A DNA stretch of 64,000 nucleotides from Rhodothermales bacterium (GCA_963663495.1 OY760427.1:412040-476039), one strand, 5' to 3'. Positions 30,101 to 40,410 are shown, numbered from the stretch's first letter. A program made the numbers and translations. The notes: a model not told the origin generated them from the sequence alone.

Positions 30101-30642
30101 TACAGGAGCGCCTCAGTAGCCGCATGACGGAACTCGACCAACAGAAGGACATCAGATCCATGTTGCCTAGGGTTGTCACGTCTTCGCTGATTGTGCCCCT
30201 CGGACTGAAATCGGAGCTGCAGGGCAAGGATAGTCCGGTTGGAACAAACGAGCTTGCAAACAGGATGAAGGTCGCTGCCGAAGCACGTGAAATCGTTATG
30301 CAGAAGGAGCGTGAATTGGGATGCGACCCAAAGGATGTAGAGCTTGAAAAGCTGGGTTATGACATCGAGAGTAAGCATTCAGAGGAAGGGCGCCTACGGT
30401 TCTTGGAGGTGAAAGGTAGAAGAGAAGATGCCACAACCATTACGGTTACCAGGAATGAAATCCTGTTCGCATTGAATAGCCCAGAACAGTTTATCTTGGC
30501 CATCGTCCTTTTTGGAGCGGAGGGGAATTATTCTGTCCACTACTTAAAGCAACCATTTCAGCGCCAGCCAGACGCAGGCGCTGCCAGCGTGAACTACGAG
30601 CTAAAGGACCTGCTCAAGCGGTCTTGCCCTCCTCACTTGTAG
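27136..30642 (+). CDS. SNF2-family helicase with C-terminal DUF3883-like domain
   Basis: Motif I DDPGAGKT, motif II CDEAHK, ATDAAGEGINLQ, QRFGRIHRIGQ. C-terminal RFLEVKGRREDATTITVTRNEILFAL. ATG at 27136. Confidence 0.85.
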   Translation: MAAKLQDLKAGVVLRGLVSSGSATVVGVENIVPGTVNLTYRLPSGRNDSQLVSSDMCDRLDIVETKSGRSFGADGRLFKLVAEAMRIRNAYLFDPVIAVRTSMIEPLPHQITAVYESMLPRQPLRFLLADDPGAGKTIMAGLLIKELMVRGDVERCLVVCPGSLAEQWQQELADKFQLHFDVLSNDALRGSAGNYFVERSLVIARLDKLSRDEETQALLKAPDCRWDLVVCDEAHKMSATYSGSEIKFTKRYKLGQLLSTLTRHFLLMTATPHNGKEADFQLFMALLDRDRFEGRFRDGVHRVDVSDLMRRMVKERLLRFDGTPLFPERRAYTRSFVLTPVESRLYEAVTAYVREEFNRAEALSGRRVRAVGFALTLLQRRLASSPRAILRSLQRREKKLQEHLADFEDRRRSGFDTRAESTDFDEEFLENLEDAPESEREITEQQILDEATAALTEDELRAELDTLQTLVALANEVQQAKKDAKWVAMAKLLQEIRDPDGDYGARDLRKLVIFTEHRDTLDYLHSKIQTIVGRPDAICIIHGGVDRLERLRIQESFRNDPAVQILLATDAAGEGINLQRAHLMVNYDLPWNPNRLEQRFGRIHRIGQREVCHLFNLVSTDTREGEVYKTLLVKLDQARESLGGQVFDVLGEMDFEGLSLRDLLLEAVRYGDQPEVKQRLSTAVGDALDTDRIEALITESALAPDTMDMSRLLAVREEMERAQLRRLQPHFVEDYFVQAFKELGGSIHRRTQGQHKISYVPAAIRKQAQRRHPVATRYRRIAFDTQHASENSGVEFVACGHPLLDGVTDLILHRHKNVFDEGTILIDETDPGKEPRLMVCFEHVIQDGSDAESGGSRVASRKMLYVDVGTSGPQPCGKYAPYLDYRALAADDPDRELILGHRLVASLRDSSELKAMGYVVTKLVPKHQEEVETARLELIAKTRAAVRDRLSKEINHWDLRASELREKERAGRPGARLNSSEARRRADELQERLSSRMTELDQQKDIRSMLPRVVTSSLIVPLGLKSELQGKDSPVGTNELANRMKVAAEAREIVMQKERELGCDPKDVELEKLGYDIESKHSEEGRLRFLEVKGRREDATTITVTRNEILFALNSPEQFILAIVLFGAEGNYSVHYLKQPFQRQPDAGAASVNYELKDLLKRSCPPHL

Positions 30643-32793
30643 TGGCCAGGAAACTGATCGAAGTAGCGATTCCATTGGACGCCATCAACAGGGCGTCCAA
30701 GCGGGAGAAGTCGATTCGGCACGGGCATCCAAGCACGCTGCATTTGTATTGGGCGCGGAGGCCACTCGCTGCGGCGCGTGCTGTAATCTTTGCCCAGATG
30801 GTGGATGACCCGTCGGAGTATGTTGATGTCCTGCTTTCTGATGCCCGAAGGCGCCGCGCTGCGGAAACAGAACTCAGAAAAAGCGCGGAGAAGGGCGGAA
30901 ATGATGACCTGACCATTGAAGAGGTAGCCATTGAGCTGGAGCGCAAGCGGCTGTTTCGCATTATCGAGGAACTCGTTGTTTGGGAGAATTCCACTCGAGA
31001 AGATGTGCTGGACCGTGCACGCGATGAAATCTGGCAGAGCTGGAGGAGAGCATGCGTTCGCAACGCGGGAGAGCCGGATGCCGAGGTGCTTTACGATCGG
31101 CACAAGCTGCCGCCGTTTCACGACCCGTTTTGTGGAGGAGGAGCGATTCCATTGGAAGCCCAGCGTTTGGGGTTGGAGGCACATGCTACGGATTTGAACC
31201 CCGTGGCGGTACTGATAAACAAGGCGATGCTGGAAATCCCGCCGCGGTTTGCCGGAAGGCCGGCAGTGAATCTGGAGGCCCAGAGGGTTGGGGGCGGATG
31301 GAATGGAGCAGAGGGGCTTGCGGCGGATGTGGCTTATTACTCTGAGTGGATGCGTGCGCGAGCCAAGGAGCGCATTGGGCACCTTTATCCCAAGATTCAT
31401 GTGACTGTTTCCATGGCGCGGGATCGAGATGACTTGAAGAATTATGTGGGAAGAGATCTTACCGTGATTGCGTGGCTGCATGCACGCACGGTGCGTAGTC
31501 CGAATCCGGCATTCTCCGATGTAGAGGTGCCGCTGGTATCAAGCTATCTGCTGTCGAGCAGGAAAGGCAAGGAAGTGTATCTGCATCCGGTGGTTGAGAA
31601 GACTCGGTACCGTTTTGAGGTGCGCAAGGATACTCCGCCAGATTATTCGGCAACGAGGGCCGGTACCAAGCAGGGGCGCGCCAGCTTTAGGTGCATTGTT
31701 TCGGGGACGACTATTACCGCAGGTTATATCCGCAAGGAAGGCCAGGCTGGGAGATTAGGGAGCGGGCTGATTGCCATCGTAGCAGATGGGGCTCCTGGAC
31801 GCATTTACCTGCCTGCAACACCGGAGCATGAGGAAGCCGCGCGGGCTGCTCATGCTGAGTGGCGGCCGGATCTACCGTTGCCGAAAAAAGCACTGAGTTT
31901 TAGTGCACAGTTGTACGGCTTCAAGACGTATGGTGACCTGTACACCGAACGTCAGGTGGTAGCCTTAACCGCCATGTCGGACTTGGTGGAGGATGTAAAG
32001 CAGGAAGTGGAAAAAGACGCGATCCGCTCCTACACAATATATACACACGTGCGGGGGGGCGACGTATTGCAGACGGCGGTGCCGGAGCACGCGCTTACGG
32101 AGAAGCCCTCGGCGTCTACATGGCGCTTTGCATCGACAAGGCCGCCGATTATTGGTCCCACATTTGCACGTGGGATGCGTCACGGGATAATATTAGAAAC
32201 ACCTTTACTCGCCAAGCCCTTCCCATAACGTGGGATTACGCGGAAGCCAACCCGTTTTCTCACTCAACAGGAAACTGGTTTAGCTTCGCCAGTTGGGTCA
32301 GCAAGGTGCTGTTGGCACTGCCGACCAAAAGCCAAGGTCACGGATACATCGCGGATGCCCAGGTGGGAAATGCCAGTGCAAACGCTGTCGTTTCGACTGA
32401 TCCGCCTTACTACGACAATATTGGGTACGCGGATTTGTCGGACTACTTCTACGTCTGGCTCCGGCGTACCCTGCACAGCACATACCCGGAGTTATTTGCA
32501 ACGGTAGCCACACCAAAGGCTGCAGAATTGATTGCCTCGCGCTACCGCCACGGTAGCAAACAGCAGGCGGAGGTATTCTTCCTGGAAGGGATGACGCGCA
32601 CGTTACGCAATGTGTCTAGGCAGGTGCATCCCGAATTCCCCGTCACGATCTATTATGCCTTCAAGCAGAGTGAGAAGCGCTACGATGGCGGCGACGTAAG
32701 CACGGGGTGGCAGACATTCCTGGAAGCATTGGAGCGCGCAGGGTATGCCGTGACCGGTACTTGGCCAATGCGAACAGAGCTCATGAATCGTCC

Positions 32794-34583
32794 GAGCCTT
32801 TTGCAAAACCCTTGAATCGGGGTGTTTTTGTCTGAAGATGCGATTTCCTAAGATAGGGGGCTGGTCAGGTAGATTTGACTGCTCGGCGGGTGCAGATGGA
32901 GGATTCTACAGGCCATGAAAATGTGTGCTAGCAAGCACACTTGAGGGACTGGAACCTCCGTGTTAGGTATCTTTGGAGGAGAAACTAAACTCGCAAAAAA
33001 CGAAGGTTCTCATGTCTCTCAATTCTAAGTTAAGCGGATTCTGGATCAACTGCCAACGGGAGCTTTTTCCCTGGGTGGAGGAAACGATTGGCCCCTTGGA
33101 GGGGCGCCATAAGAAGCTGCTCTCGGTACTGGAGATGGTGCGAGTTGAGCGCTTTCTGCCCAGTGCTCAGGACGGTATACCCGGGCGTCCGTTGAAGAGC
33201 CGTGCTGCCCTCGCGCGGGCGTTCCTGGCGAAGATGGTGTTCAATATGGATACGACCAGAGCGTTGGTGGAGCGGTTGCGTTCGGATCCGACGCTGCGGC
33301 GTTTGTGTGGTTGGCATCGGTTGGAGGATGTGCCGAGTGAGGCGACCTTTTCACGTGCGTTCAGGGAATTTTCAGAGGCGGAATTGCCGACGCGTGTACA
33401 TGAGGCTCTGATAAAGGAGGGGTATTCGGAGCAGTTGGTGGGGCACCTATCGCGTGATTCGACCGCAATAGCAGCGCGAGAGAAGCCGGTACTGAAAAAG
33501 GAGTCGGAGCGTCCAGAGTGCAAACCAGCGAGTCCTTCCAAGGATGAAGAGCGTTCAAAGAAGCCGAAGCGGCTCGTGGGCCAGCTGGCAATAGAGATGG
33601 AGGAGGAATTACCGGAGGTGGGCCATCCATCGCAGGATTCGACCGCGATAGTGGCGCAAGAGGACCCGGTACCCCAGAAAAAGGAGTTAGAGCGTCCAGA
33701 AGAGTGCAAATCATCGCATCCTACCAAGGATGAAAAGCCTCCGAAGGAGTTGCCGCGGCTGGTGCGCCAGCGTACCATGGGGACAGAGGAGATGTTGGAG
33801 GAGTTACCGAAGCGATGTACGGTAGGCGTTAAGCGCAATGCGAAGGGACATACGCAGAAATGGACGGGGTACAAGTTGCACATGGATGTGGCCGACGGAG
33901 GCGTACCGATCAGCGGTTTTGTTTCCTCTGCATCATTGCATGATAGCCAAGCGGCGATTCCGTTGGCTACGATATCTCAACTGCGGGTACGCAATTTGTA
34001 TGATCTGATGGACAGTGCATACGACGCGAAGCAGATTCACGAGCACAGTAAAGGCTTGGGGCACGTGCCGATTATCGACCATAATCCGCGACGCAAAGGT
34101 AAGGCGGCGCTTATCCGCGAGAAAACGGCCCAGCGAGCAGCCGGATTGGTACTGCCTGAGGATGTTCGTTACAGGGAGCGCTCAACGGTTGAGCGAGCCT
34201 TCGGGCGGCTCAAGGATGAGTTTGGTGGTCGTAATGTCCGCGTGCGTGGGCACAAGAAGGTGACATGCCACTTGATGTTCGGCGTGCTGGTACTGACGGT
34301 AGATCAGCTGTTGCGTATGGTGCAATAGAGACAGGAATCCAGACGTAAATTGCGCTAATCGGGTTTTGTGCGAAGCAGGAGCTAGGCATAGGTGTGCCCG
34401 CAAAGCACGGATTCTGCCCCGAATTCACCCCCCCGGGAAGCCTTCAACGCCTATGGACCGCCTATACATCTGGATCCAAAGGCTACACATGCCAATGCTC
34501 CCGGCGTAATGTCGAAAAACCCGAAAATTTGGGCATTTTGGTCGCCACCACCGCCGAATACACCGGGGTTTTGCAAAAGGCTC
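32794..34583 (+). mobile_element. IS5/IS1182-like insertion sequence inside the methyltransferase gene
   Basis: IRs GAGCCTTTTGCAAAACCC (32794) and GGGGTTTTGCAAAAGGCTC (ends 34583). Direct repeat GTCC at 32790-32793 and 34584-34587. Excision restores ELMNRPNSIGSNAL. Confidence 0.8.
33012..34328 (+). CDS. DDE transposase (DUF772 N-terminal region + DDE_Tnp_1-type core)
   Basis: RLRSDPTLRRLCGW, SRDSTAI, YKLHMDV, RERSTVERAFGRLKDEFG motifs. Internal about 60-aa duplication. Confidence 0.8.
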   Translation: MSLNSKLSGFWINCQRELFPWVEETIGPLEGRHKKLLSVLEMVRVERFLPSAQDGIPGRPLKSRAALARAFLAKMVFNMDTTRALVERLRSDPTLRRLCGWHRLEDVPSEATFSRAFREFSEAELPTRVHEALIKEGYSEQLVGHLSRDSTAIAAREKPVLKKESERPECKPASPSKDEERSKKPKRLVGQLAIEMEEELPEVGHPSQDSTAIVAQEDPVPQKKELERPEECKSSHPTKDEKPPKELPRLVRQRTMGTEEMLEELPKRCTVGVKRNAKGHTQKWTGYKLHMDVADGGVPISGFVSSASLHDSQAAIPLATISQLRVRNLYDLMDSAYDAKQIHEHSKGLGHVPIIDHNPRRKGKAALIREKTAQRAAGLVLPEDVRYRERSTVERAFGRLKDEFGGRNVRVRGHKKVTCHLMFGVLVLTVDQLLRMVQ

Positions 34584-35387
34584 GTCCAAATAGCATTGGG
34601 TCAAACGCGCTGGCATCGTCTATCGTGCTAGTATGCAGGCCTGTCAGGAAAGCAAGGCCGCAGACTACACGGAAAAAATTTGTTCAGGAATTACAAGAGG
34701 AGGTGCGCACTGCTATAAAGGTGCTTACCAGCGCTAATACTGCTCCCGTCGATGTGGCGCAAGCAGCGATCGGACCGGGCATGGCGGTATTTACGCGCTA
34801 CGAGCGAATCATCGACGCACGAGGGAATAGATTAAGCGTGTCGGACGCTCTTTCCCTCACCAACAAGGTGCTCGATGACATCACTTCAGAAGAGGAGGGC
34901 GATCTGGATACAGACAGTCGCTGGTCCTTGAGCTGGTTCAAGCAGCATGGATTTGCAGAGGGAACGTATGGTGATGCTGAGCAGCTATCCAAAGCCAAGA
35001 ATACCAGCGTGTCGGGATTGGTCGAGGCGGGCGTGCTTATCTCGGGAGGTGGCGCGGTGCGGCTGCTCAAGCCCGAGGAACTTCCAGAAGATTGGGATCC
35101 TGAACAGGATATGCGGCTCACCGCATGGGAAACCGTGCATCATCTGATTCGAGCACTTGACACGGGAGGCGAAATGGAAGCCGCGAACATTATTGCTCGA
35201 CTAGGAGCGGGAGCGGAAAGCGCGAGAGACTTGTGTTATCGATTGTATGTGCTATGTGAGCGGTCGAAGCGGATGGCCGAGGGCTTTGCCTACAACCGCC
35301 TCGTACAGAGCTGGCCGGAGATTACCCGGCTTGCCAAGAATATCCCCCATGAGCAGGGGACGCTAGATCTAGACTAAACTGTATTCC

Positions 35388-38300
35388 ATGGCTGCAACAA
35401 ATCACGAGCGCGTCGGACAAGCGCTCCACCTACTGAAACAGGGGCTTGCCCCCTTCGTCGATCGCGAAATCAAAGAAGCAGTATCGTCAGGTCGAGTGGA
35501 TACCGCATTATCATTAGGAAGCAGCGAGTGGCCGAGTGAGCCCATTGCGGAGTGGGATGCCGCTGCTCTACTCAAGCTGATGGTGCGGGTATGGGAAGAG
35601 GTGTTCCGTATACCACTTGGGTACGCCGAAAGGAATCTTGTGAGCGAACTGCGAACCACCCGCAATAAGTGGGCCCACCAGGAGCGCTTTTCGAGCGACG
35701 ATACCTACCGCGCACTTGATTCAACGCACCGACTTCTGCTTGCAGTCTCGGCACCTGAATCTGGAGCGGTGGATCAGATGAAGAAGGAACTGCTTCGAAT
35801 TCAATACAGCCAACAGGTACGCAATGATCTGCGAAAGCAGCGCGGATCCAATATTGAGCGCACGGGCTCCCACGAATTGCCTGCGTGGCGCGATGTTGCC
35901 GAGCCGCACGAGGATGTGACAAGCGGCGATTTTCAGCAGGCTGAGTTTGCGGCTGATCTGTGGCAGGTGCATGTGGGAGAAGGACAAATAGAATACCAGG
36001 ATCCGGCGGAGTTTTTCAGGCGCACCTTCCTGACAGACAGCCTCAAAGCCCTCCTGTCGGGAGCTATCCGAAGGCTATCTGGATCCGGTGGAGACCCGGT
36101 TGTCCAATTGCAGACAAACTTTGGTGGAGGCAAGACACATTCTATGCTCGCCCTTTACCACCTGGTGTCAGGCGTAAATACGGCAGCGTTGGAGGGATTG
36201 GACGATCTGGTGGTAGAGGTGGGTAGGCCTGTGCCTGCGTCCGTACGGCGTGTGGTATTGGTGGGCAATAAGATTTCTCCAGGCAATCCATCGGTGAAGG
36301 AGGACGGCACGCAGGTACGCACCTTGTGGGGTGAGCTGGCATGGCAGCTTGGGGGAAAGGAGGCATTTGAGCAAGTTGCGGAAGACGACCGCCATGCGAC
36401 CAATCCGGGGGATGTCCTACGTCAACTCTTTAACCGTTACGCCCCGTGCCTTGTGTTGATCGACGAATGGGTGGCCTACGCGCGCCAGCTTCTGGAACGA
36501 AGTAATCTACCCGGTGGAAATTTCGACACACAGTTTACTTTCGCGCAGGCACTGACCGAGGCGGCCAAGGGTGCGAAAGAGTGTCTCCTGGTGATAAGCC
36601 TGCCAGCTTCGGATACGGCCGGCACGGCGCACACGCATGCGGAGGATATTGAAGTCGGGGGTGTGCGTGGCCGCGATGCATTAATACGACTACAGAACGT
36701 GACGGGCAGGGTTGATTCTTCCTGGCAGCCCGCGAGCGCAGACGAGGGCTTTGAGATCGTTCGCAGGCGCCTGTTCGCACCCTTGCGCGAGGAGGCCCAG
36801 TCTCGCAAACGTGATACCGTTGCGCGAACCTTTGTTGAATACTATAGGGCAGCAAAAGGAGCCTTCCCTTCGGAATGTGCGGAGCGCGACTACGAACGCC
36901 GGCTCACGTCTGCCTATCCTTTGCATCCGGAGATCTTTGACCGCCTTTACAGCGATTGGTCCACTCTCCCGCGCTTCCAGCGTACCCGCGGTGTACTGCG
37001 CCTAATGGCGGCAGTAATCCATGCACTCTGGGAGGAGGGGGACAGGAACCCGCTCATAATGCCCTGCCACATTCCCATGAGCCGGCAGGATGTAAAGTCG
37101 GAGTTGACAAGGTACTTGCCAGAAGGCTGGTCACCGGTCATAGATGCGGATATTGACGGGCCGGGATCCACGCCCACCCAAGTGGAAAAAGCAGAAAGTC
37201 GGATGGGCCGTTATAGCGCCGCTCGGCGCGTTTCAAGGACGATCTATCTGGGGTCCGCTCCGAGACAGGGATCGAGTCATCCTGGCGTTAACGAGCAGCG
37301 AATCAGGCTAGGTGCGGCCGTGCCGGGTGAACCCAGTGGGGTGTTTGATGACGCGCTCCGCAGGCTGGCTTCGCAGTCTACCTACCTCTATCAGGAGGAT
37401 GTCCGCTATTGGTACAATACACGACCAACGGTCGCGCGTCTCGCCAAGGATCGGGCACAGTCCATGCATAACAATCCGCATCGCGTGATGGACGAGTTGC
37501 AGCGACGATTGAATGAGGACGTAAAGTCACGCGGTGATTTTAGCAGGGTACATGTTCTGCCAACGGGGTCGTTCGAAATCCCAGACGAGATGGGCGCGCG
37601 CCTCGTGATTCTTGGTGCAGACCATCTATATACTCGCGGACCAGGCAATGCGGCCGAGCAGGCGGCAACCGAGTACGTGAGGAGTCGAGGAAACATCGCT
37701 AGGGTATACCATAATACCTTGGTATTCCTGGCAGCCGACAGTGGACGATGGCAAGACCTGGATGAAGCGATATGCCTGCAATTGGCTTGGCAGTCCATCC
37801 TTGATGAAAAAGACGAACTCAATCTTGATCCGCAGCAGGTAAAGCAAGCGCAATCTCGCTGCGAAAAGGCAGGTGAAACCGTAAAGTCCCAAATATCGGC
37901 AGCGTTCCAGTGGCTATTGGTGCCGGCCAAGATCCACGCAGACGGCTCGTTGGATTATGAGGCCCATCGAATGACCGGGTCAGGGTCGTTGGCGGAGCGT
38001 GCGGCAACCAAGTTGAAAGGAGAGGAGCTTCTAGTGCCCATCCTGGCACCCAGCCGGCTACGGATGGAGCTCGACGACATGCCCCTTTGGAAGGATCACG
38101 TTGCCTTGTCCGAGCTGGCAAGCGACTTTGCGCAATTCCTTTACCTTCCGCGCCTCACTTCGACTAACGTCTTGGTGGAAGCCATAAAGCGAGGTCTCGT
38201 TGGGCAAATCAACTGGATAGAAGAGTCCTTTGCATATGCCGACGAATTCGACGAGCGCACGGGGAAATACACGGGTTTGAAGGTGGCAACCGATCTCCCG

Positions 38301-38690
38301 TTGGATCCCGCGTTCCTCACAGGGCTATTGGTGCAGCCCGATGTAGCGCAACGCCATTTTGCGGCCGATAAACCCGAGATAATTACCGAAAAGAGAAGCC
38401 TCCCCGAAGGGGAAAAAGTTGAGACAGAACCTGTCAAAGATCCGCATCCTTTCAAACCCAAGAGGTTCTTCGGAAGTGCATCAACGGATTCTCCACGGAT
38501 AGGCACCTGGGCGGCGAGGATTGGAGACGAAGTGATGGGCCACCTTGCAGGCATTGAAGGAGCAAAATGTACCGTGACGCTGGAGATAACGGTTGACGCC
38601 CCTGAGGGAATTTCGGATCGGGTTCGGAACACTGTACGGGAGAATGCAACCGTGCTGGGATTTAAGACAATTGTGTTTGAGGATGACTAG
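35388..38690 (+). CDS. DUF499-type P-loop ATPase with N-terminal Swt1-like HEPN motif
   Basis: TTRNKWAHQERF (R-x4-H), Walker A NFGGGKTHSM, Walker B LVLIDEWV. 1100 aa. Confidence 0.8.
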   Translation: MAATNHERVGQALHLLKQGLAPFVDREIKEAVSSGRVDTALSLGSSEWPSEPIAEWDAAALLKLMVRVWEEVFRIPLGYAERNLVSELRTTRNKWAHQERFSSDDTYRALDSTHRLLLAVSAPESGAVDQMKKELLRIQYSQQVRNDLRKQRGSNIERTGSHELPAWRDVAEPHEDVTSGDFQQAEFAADLWQVHVGEGQIEYQDPAEFFRRTFLTDSLKALLSGAIRRLSGSGGDPVVQLQTNFGGGKTHSMLALYHLVSGVNTAALEGLDDLVVEVGRPVPASVRRVVLVGNKISPGNPSVKEDGTQVRTLWGELAWQLGGKEAFEQVAEDDRHATNPGDVLRQLFNRYAPCLVLIDEWVAYARQLLERSNLPGGNFDTQFTFAQALTEAAKGAKECLLVISLPASDTAGTAHTHAEDIEVGGVRGRDALIRLQNVTGRVDSSWQPASADEGFEIVRRRLFAPLREEAQSRKRDTVARTFVEYYRAAKGAFPSECAERDYERRLTSAYPLHPEIFDRLYSDWSTLPRFQRTRGVLRLMAAVIHALWEEGDRNPLIMPCHIPMSRQDVKSELTRYLPEGWSPVIDADIDGPGSTPTQVEKAESRMGRYSAARRVSRTIYLGSAPRQGSSHPGVNEQRIRLGAAVPGEPSGVFDDALRRLASQSTYLYQEDVRYWYNTRPTVARLAKDRAQSMHNNPHRVMDELQRRLNEDVKSRGDFSRVHVLPTGSFEIPDEMGARLVILGADHLYTRGPGNAAEQAATEYVRSRGNIARVYHNTLVFLAADSGRWQDLDEAICLQLAWQSILDEKDELNLDPQQVKQAQSRCEKAGETVKSQISAAFQWLLVPAKIHADGSLDYEAHRMTGSGSLAERAATKLKGEELLVPILAPSRLRMELDDMPLWKDHVALSELASDFAQFLYLPRLTSTNVLVEAIKRGLVGQINWIEESFAYADEFDERTGKYTGLKVATDLPLDPAFLTGLLVQPDVAQRHFAADKPEIITEKRSLPEGEKVETEPVKDPHPFKPKRFFGSASTDSPRIGTWAARIGDEVMGHLAGIEGAKCTVTLEITVDAPEGISDRVRNTVRENATVLGFKTIVFEDD

Positions 38691-38929
38691 CCGATTCTTC
38701 CTCTATGCCACAAGGGATTCACTAAGCCATTGCTTTTGGTGATCAGGGAGTCTCATTTTTCGACTGCGCCGGGTCCAAGGATCGTTCCGAAGCCTGATTT
38801 GCGTACCCAAGTGGCTGGTTAAGACTAGTGGCGTAGGCGAGGGCATGGTTGCAAAACTAGTGGTATTTCGAAAATTGGGTTGGGGTTGATTTGGGGGATT
38901 TCGTCCCCATTCACCATCCATTTTCACGC

Positions 38930-39835
38930 ATGGATTTATCAGATGATCTTGCGCAGCTAGAACAAGGGTTGCGCGAGGCTGGACCGTCTGGAAGACAACT
39001 ACGATACTACCTCCTTCGCCACTTCAGCGAGCTCGTACAACACCTGACTTGTAGCCTGGAGTCAGACGTACAACCAGATCTGCCCGCGGGTGCGGACAAG
39101 CAACCGCAGGCAGCCACCAGTACCCAGCCAGAAGGGGGCTTGCTGGAGACAACTTCGAGTTGGATAGGCAATCCTGTGGAGGATGCCTACCAGCGAGAGG
39201 TGCGCAATCAGGCGCGGGAGGTCTTTGACGAGCGCTCTCTGGAAGGAGAGGACTATGTAGCCCTGTGGATGGATGCCGTACCGGTGTGGGGACGGTCTCT
39301 GGTGCTCTGTATGGGGGTGACCGCAGGCGGGTATCGGCACATGCTGGGATGTATAGAGGCCACACTGCAGCACGATGCCGCCATACGGCAACTACTGCAG
39401 GGCTTGCGCAAGCGCGGCCTATGTACGGATCGGGGTCTTTTGTGCATTACACGCGGGCAGTCCTGGCTGACGCGGGTACTGGAAGAGGTTCTGGGTCCTC
39501 GGTTGTGCCACCAACACTGTCAGATGGCCAAGCGGGAGCGGGTAGTCAGCTTTCTTGCCGAGAAGCAACAGCGTCGCGTACGGGGCGCCATCACGCGGGC
39601 ATTCCAGTTGCCGGATCGTGACGAAGCCCACGCTGCCTTGATGCGGATCCACGCGGAGTTGGAGTTGCTCAATCGGTCTGCGGCCCAGTGGCTGCTACAG
39701 GACCTGGAGCAGACGCTGACTGCATCAAACGGGCATGTACGAGCTGCTGTGTTCGAGTCTCAGGAGCACGCCGCCTTGGAACACACGGCAAGTCAGCTGT
39801 TCCGACAGATGCGTGACCTTCGCAAGTGGCTACCC
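38930..39835 (+). pseudogene. Third, diverged IS256-like degenerate transposase paralogue, 3' end truncated by an IS4 arm
   Basis: Homologous to 6107-7174 (ALWMDAVPV, LCITRGQSWL: second Asp again absent). Reading runs into the IS4 terminal repeat at 39836. Confidence 0.7.
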
Positions 39836-39948
39836 CTGCCCTGTACCCATAAATCATCCAACACGGTTCGATTGTTCGTCAGGTATGGTCAAATATCGCT
39901 GGCATGGCTGTCGGAATATCTCGGGTATTTCGGCCTAACAGGTATGGT
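39836..39948 (+). mobile_element. Solo fragment of the IS4 long terminal repeat
   Basis: CTGCCCTGTACCCATAAATCATCC... collinear with 5743-5855. Similarity ends at 39948. Confidence 0.75.
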
Positions 39949-39974
39949 CCTCCCTTATTCATAAGGGAGGGAAA

Positions 39975-40275
39975 AAGGGCTTCACCGGCAGGAGGGGGGG
40001 GAGAGAGAGAAAGATGCCTTGGGCCGCACAATTTATGTACATGTGCTTCCTCCACAGTGTTCCGATTCTTCTACCCCAAAACCCATGTTTTTTGTCCCCA
40101 ACAGCGCTGATTGCTGACTGCATTCAGGCGCTTGGACGATAAGCTGCACACCACTCCGAAATTCCCATATCGGCACACCAAACCCGGCGTATAATCACCT
40201 TGCACTAAGCTCTACAAGCGGACTACGCAGACCAATGCTAAGCCCGCTTTACCATGTACTTCACCGTACGGATTC
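39975..40275 (-). mobile_element. Remnant of an IS66 left arm (IR plus 5' leader, no transposase)
   Basis: Reverse complement is collinear with 3221 to about 3517. Ends ...CCATGTACTTCACCGTACGGATTC. Confidence 0.7.
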
Positions 40276-40410
40276 CTACATTGGGCTCGTGGAGCGCTCA
40301 GTGGATAAAAAGTGGATAAAAGGAGTATCCTGCCTGATGCAAACCTTGCTTACGGTGTCTGTTGTCCGGCTGCTGGGCGGCTCCCAAGCAGCCTCGGTAT
40401 CTGTCATGAT

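Larger units (their letters stand above)
30624..35377 (+). pseudogene. DUF1156-type DNA methyltransferase, disrupted by a frameshift near 32053-32059 and by an IS insertion at 32794-34583
   Basis: N-terminal KLIEVAIPLDAINRASKREKSIRHGHPSTLHLYWARRPL (DUF1156), FHDPFCGGGAIPLEAQ (SAM motif), STDPPYYDNIGY (catalytic DPPY). The reading frame resumes after the IS as RPNSIGSNALASSIVLVCRP. The likely true start is GTG 30642, overlapping the helicase stop. Confidence 0.85.

Noticed and set aside
30633-31481. 282-aa ORF antisense to the DUF1156 methylase. Similar cases: 37406-37930 and 38141-38632 antisense to the DUF499 gene, 52019-52846 antisense to acnA, and 57928-58500 antisense to the BNR protein gene
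   Set aside because: These are shadow ORFs opposite strongly supported genes, with low-complexity composition.
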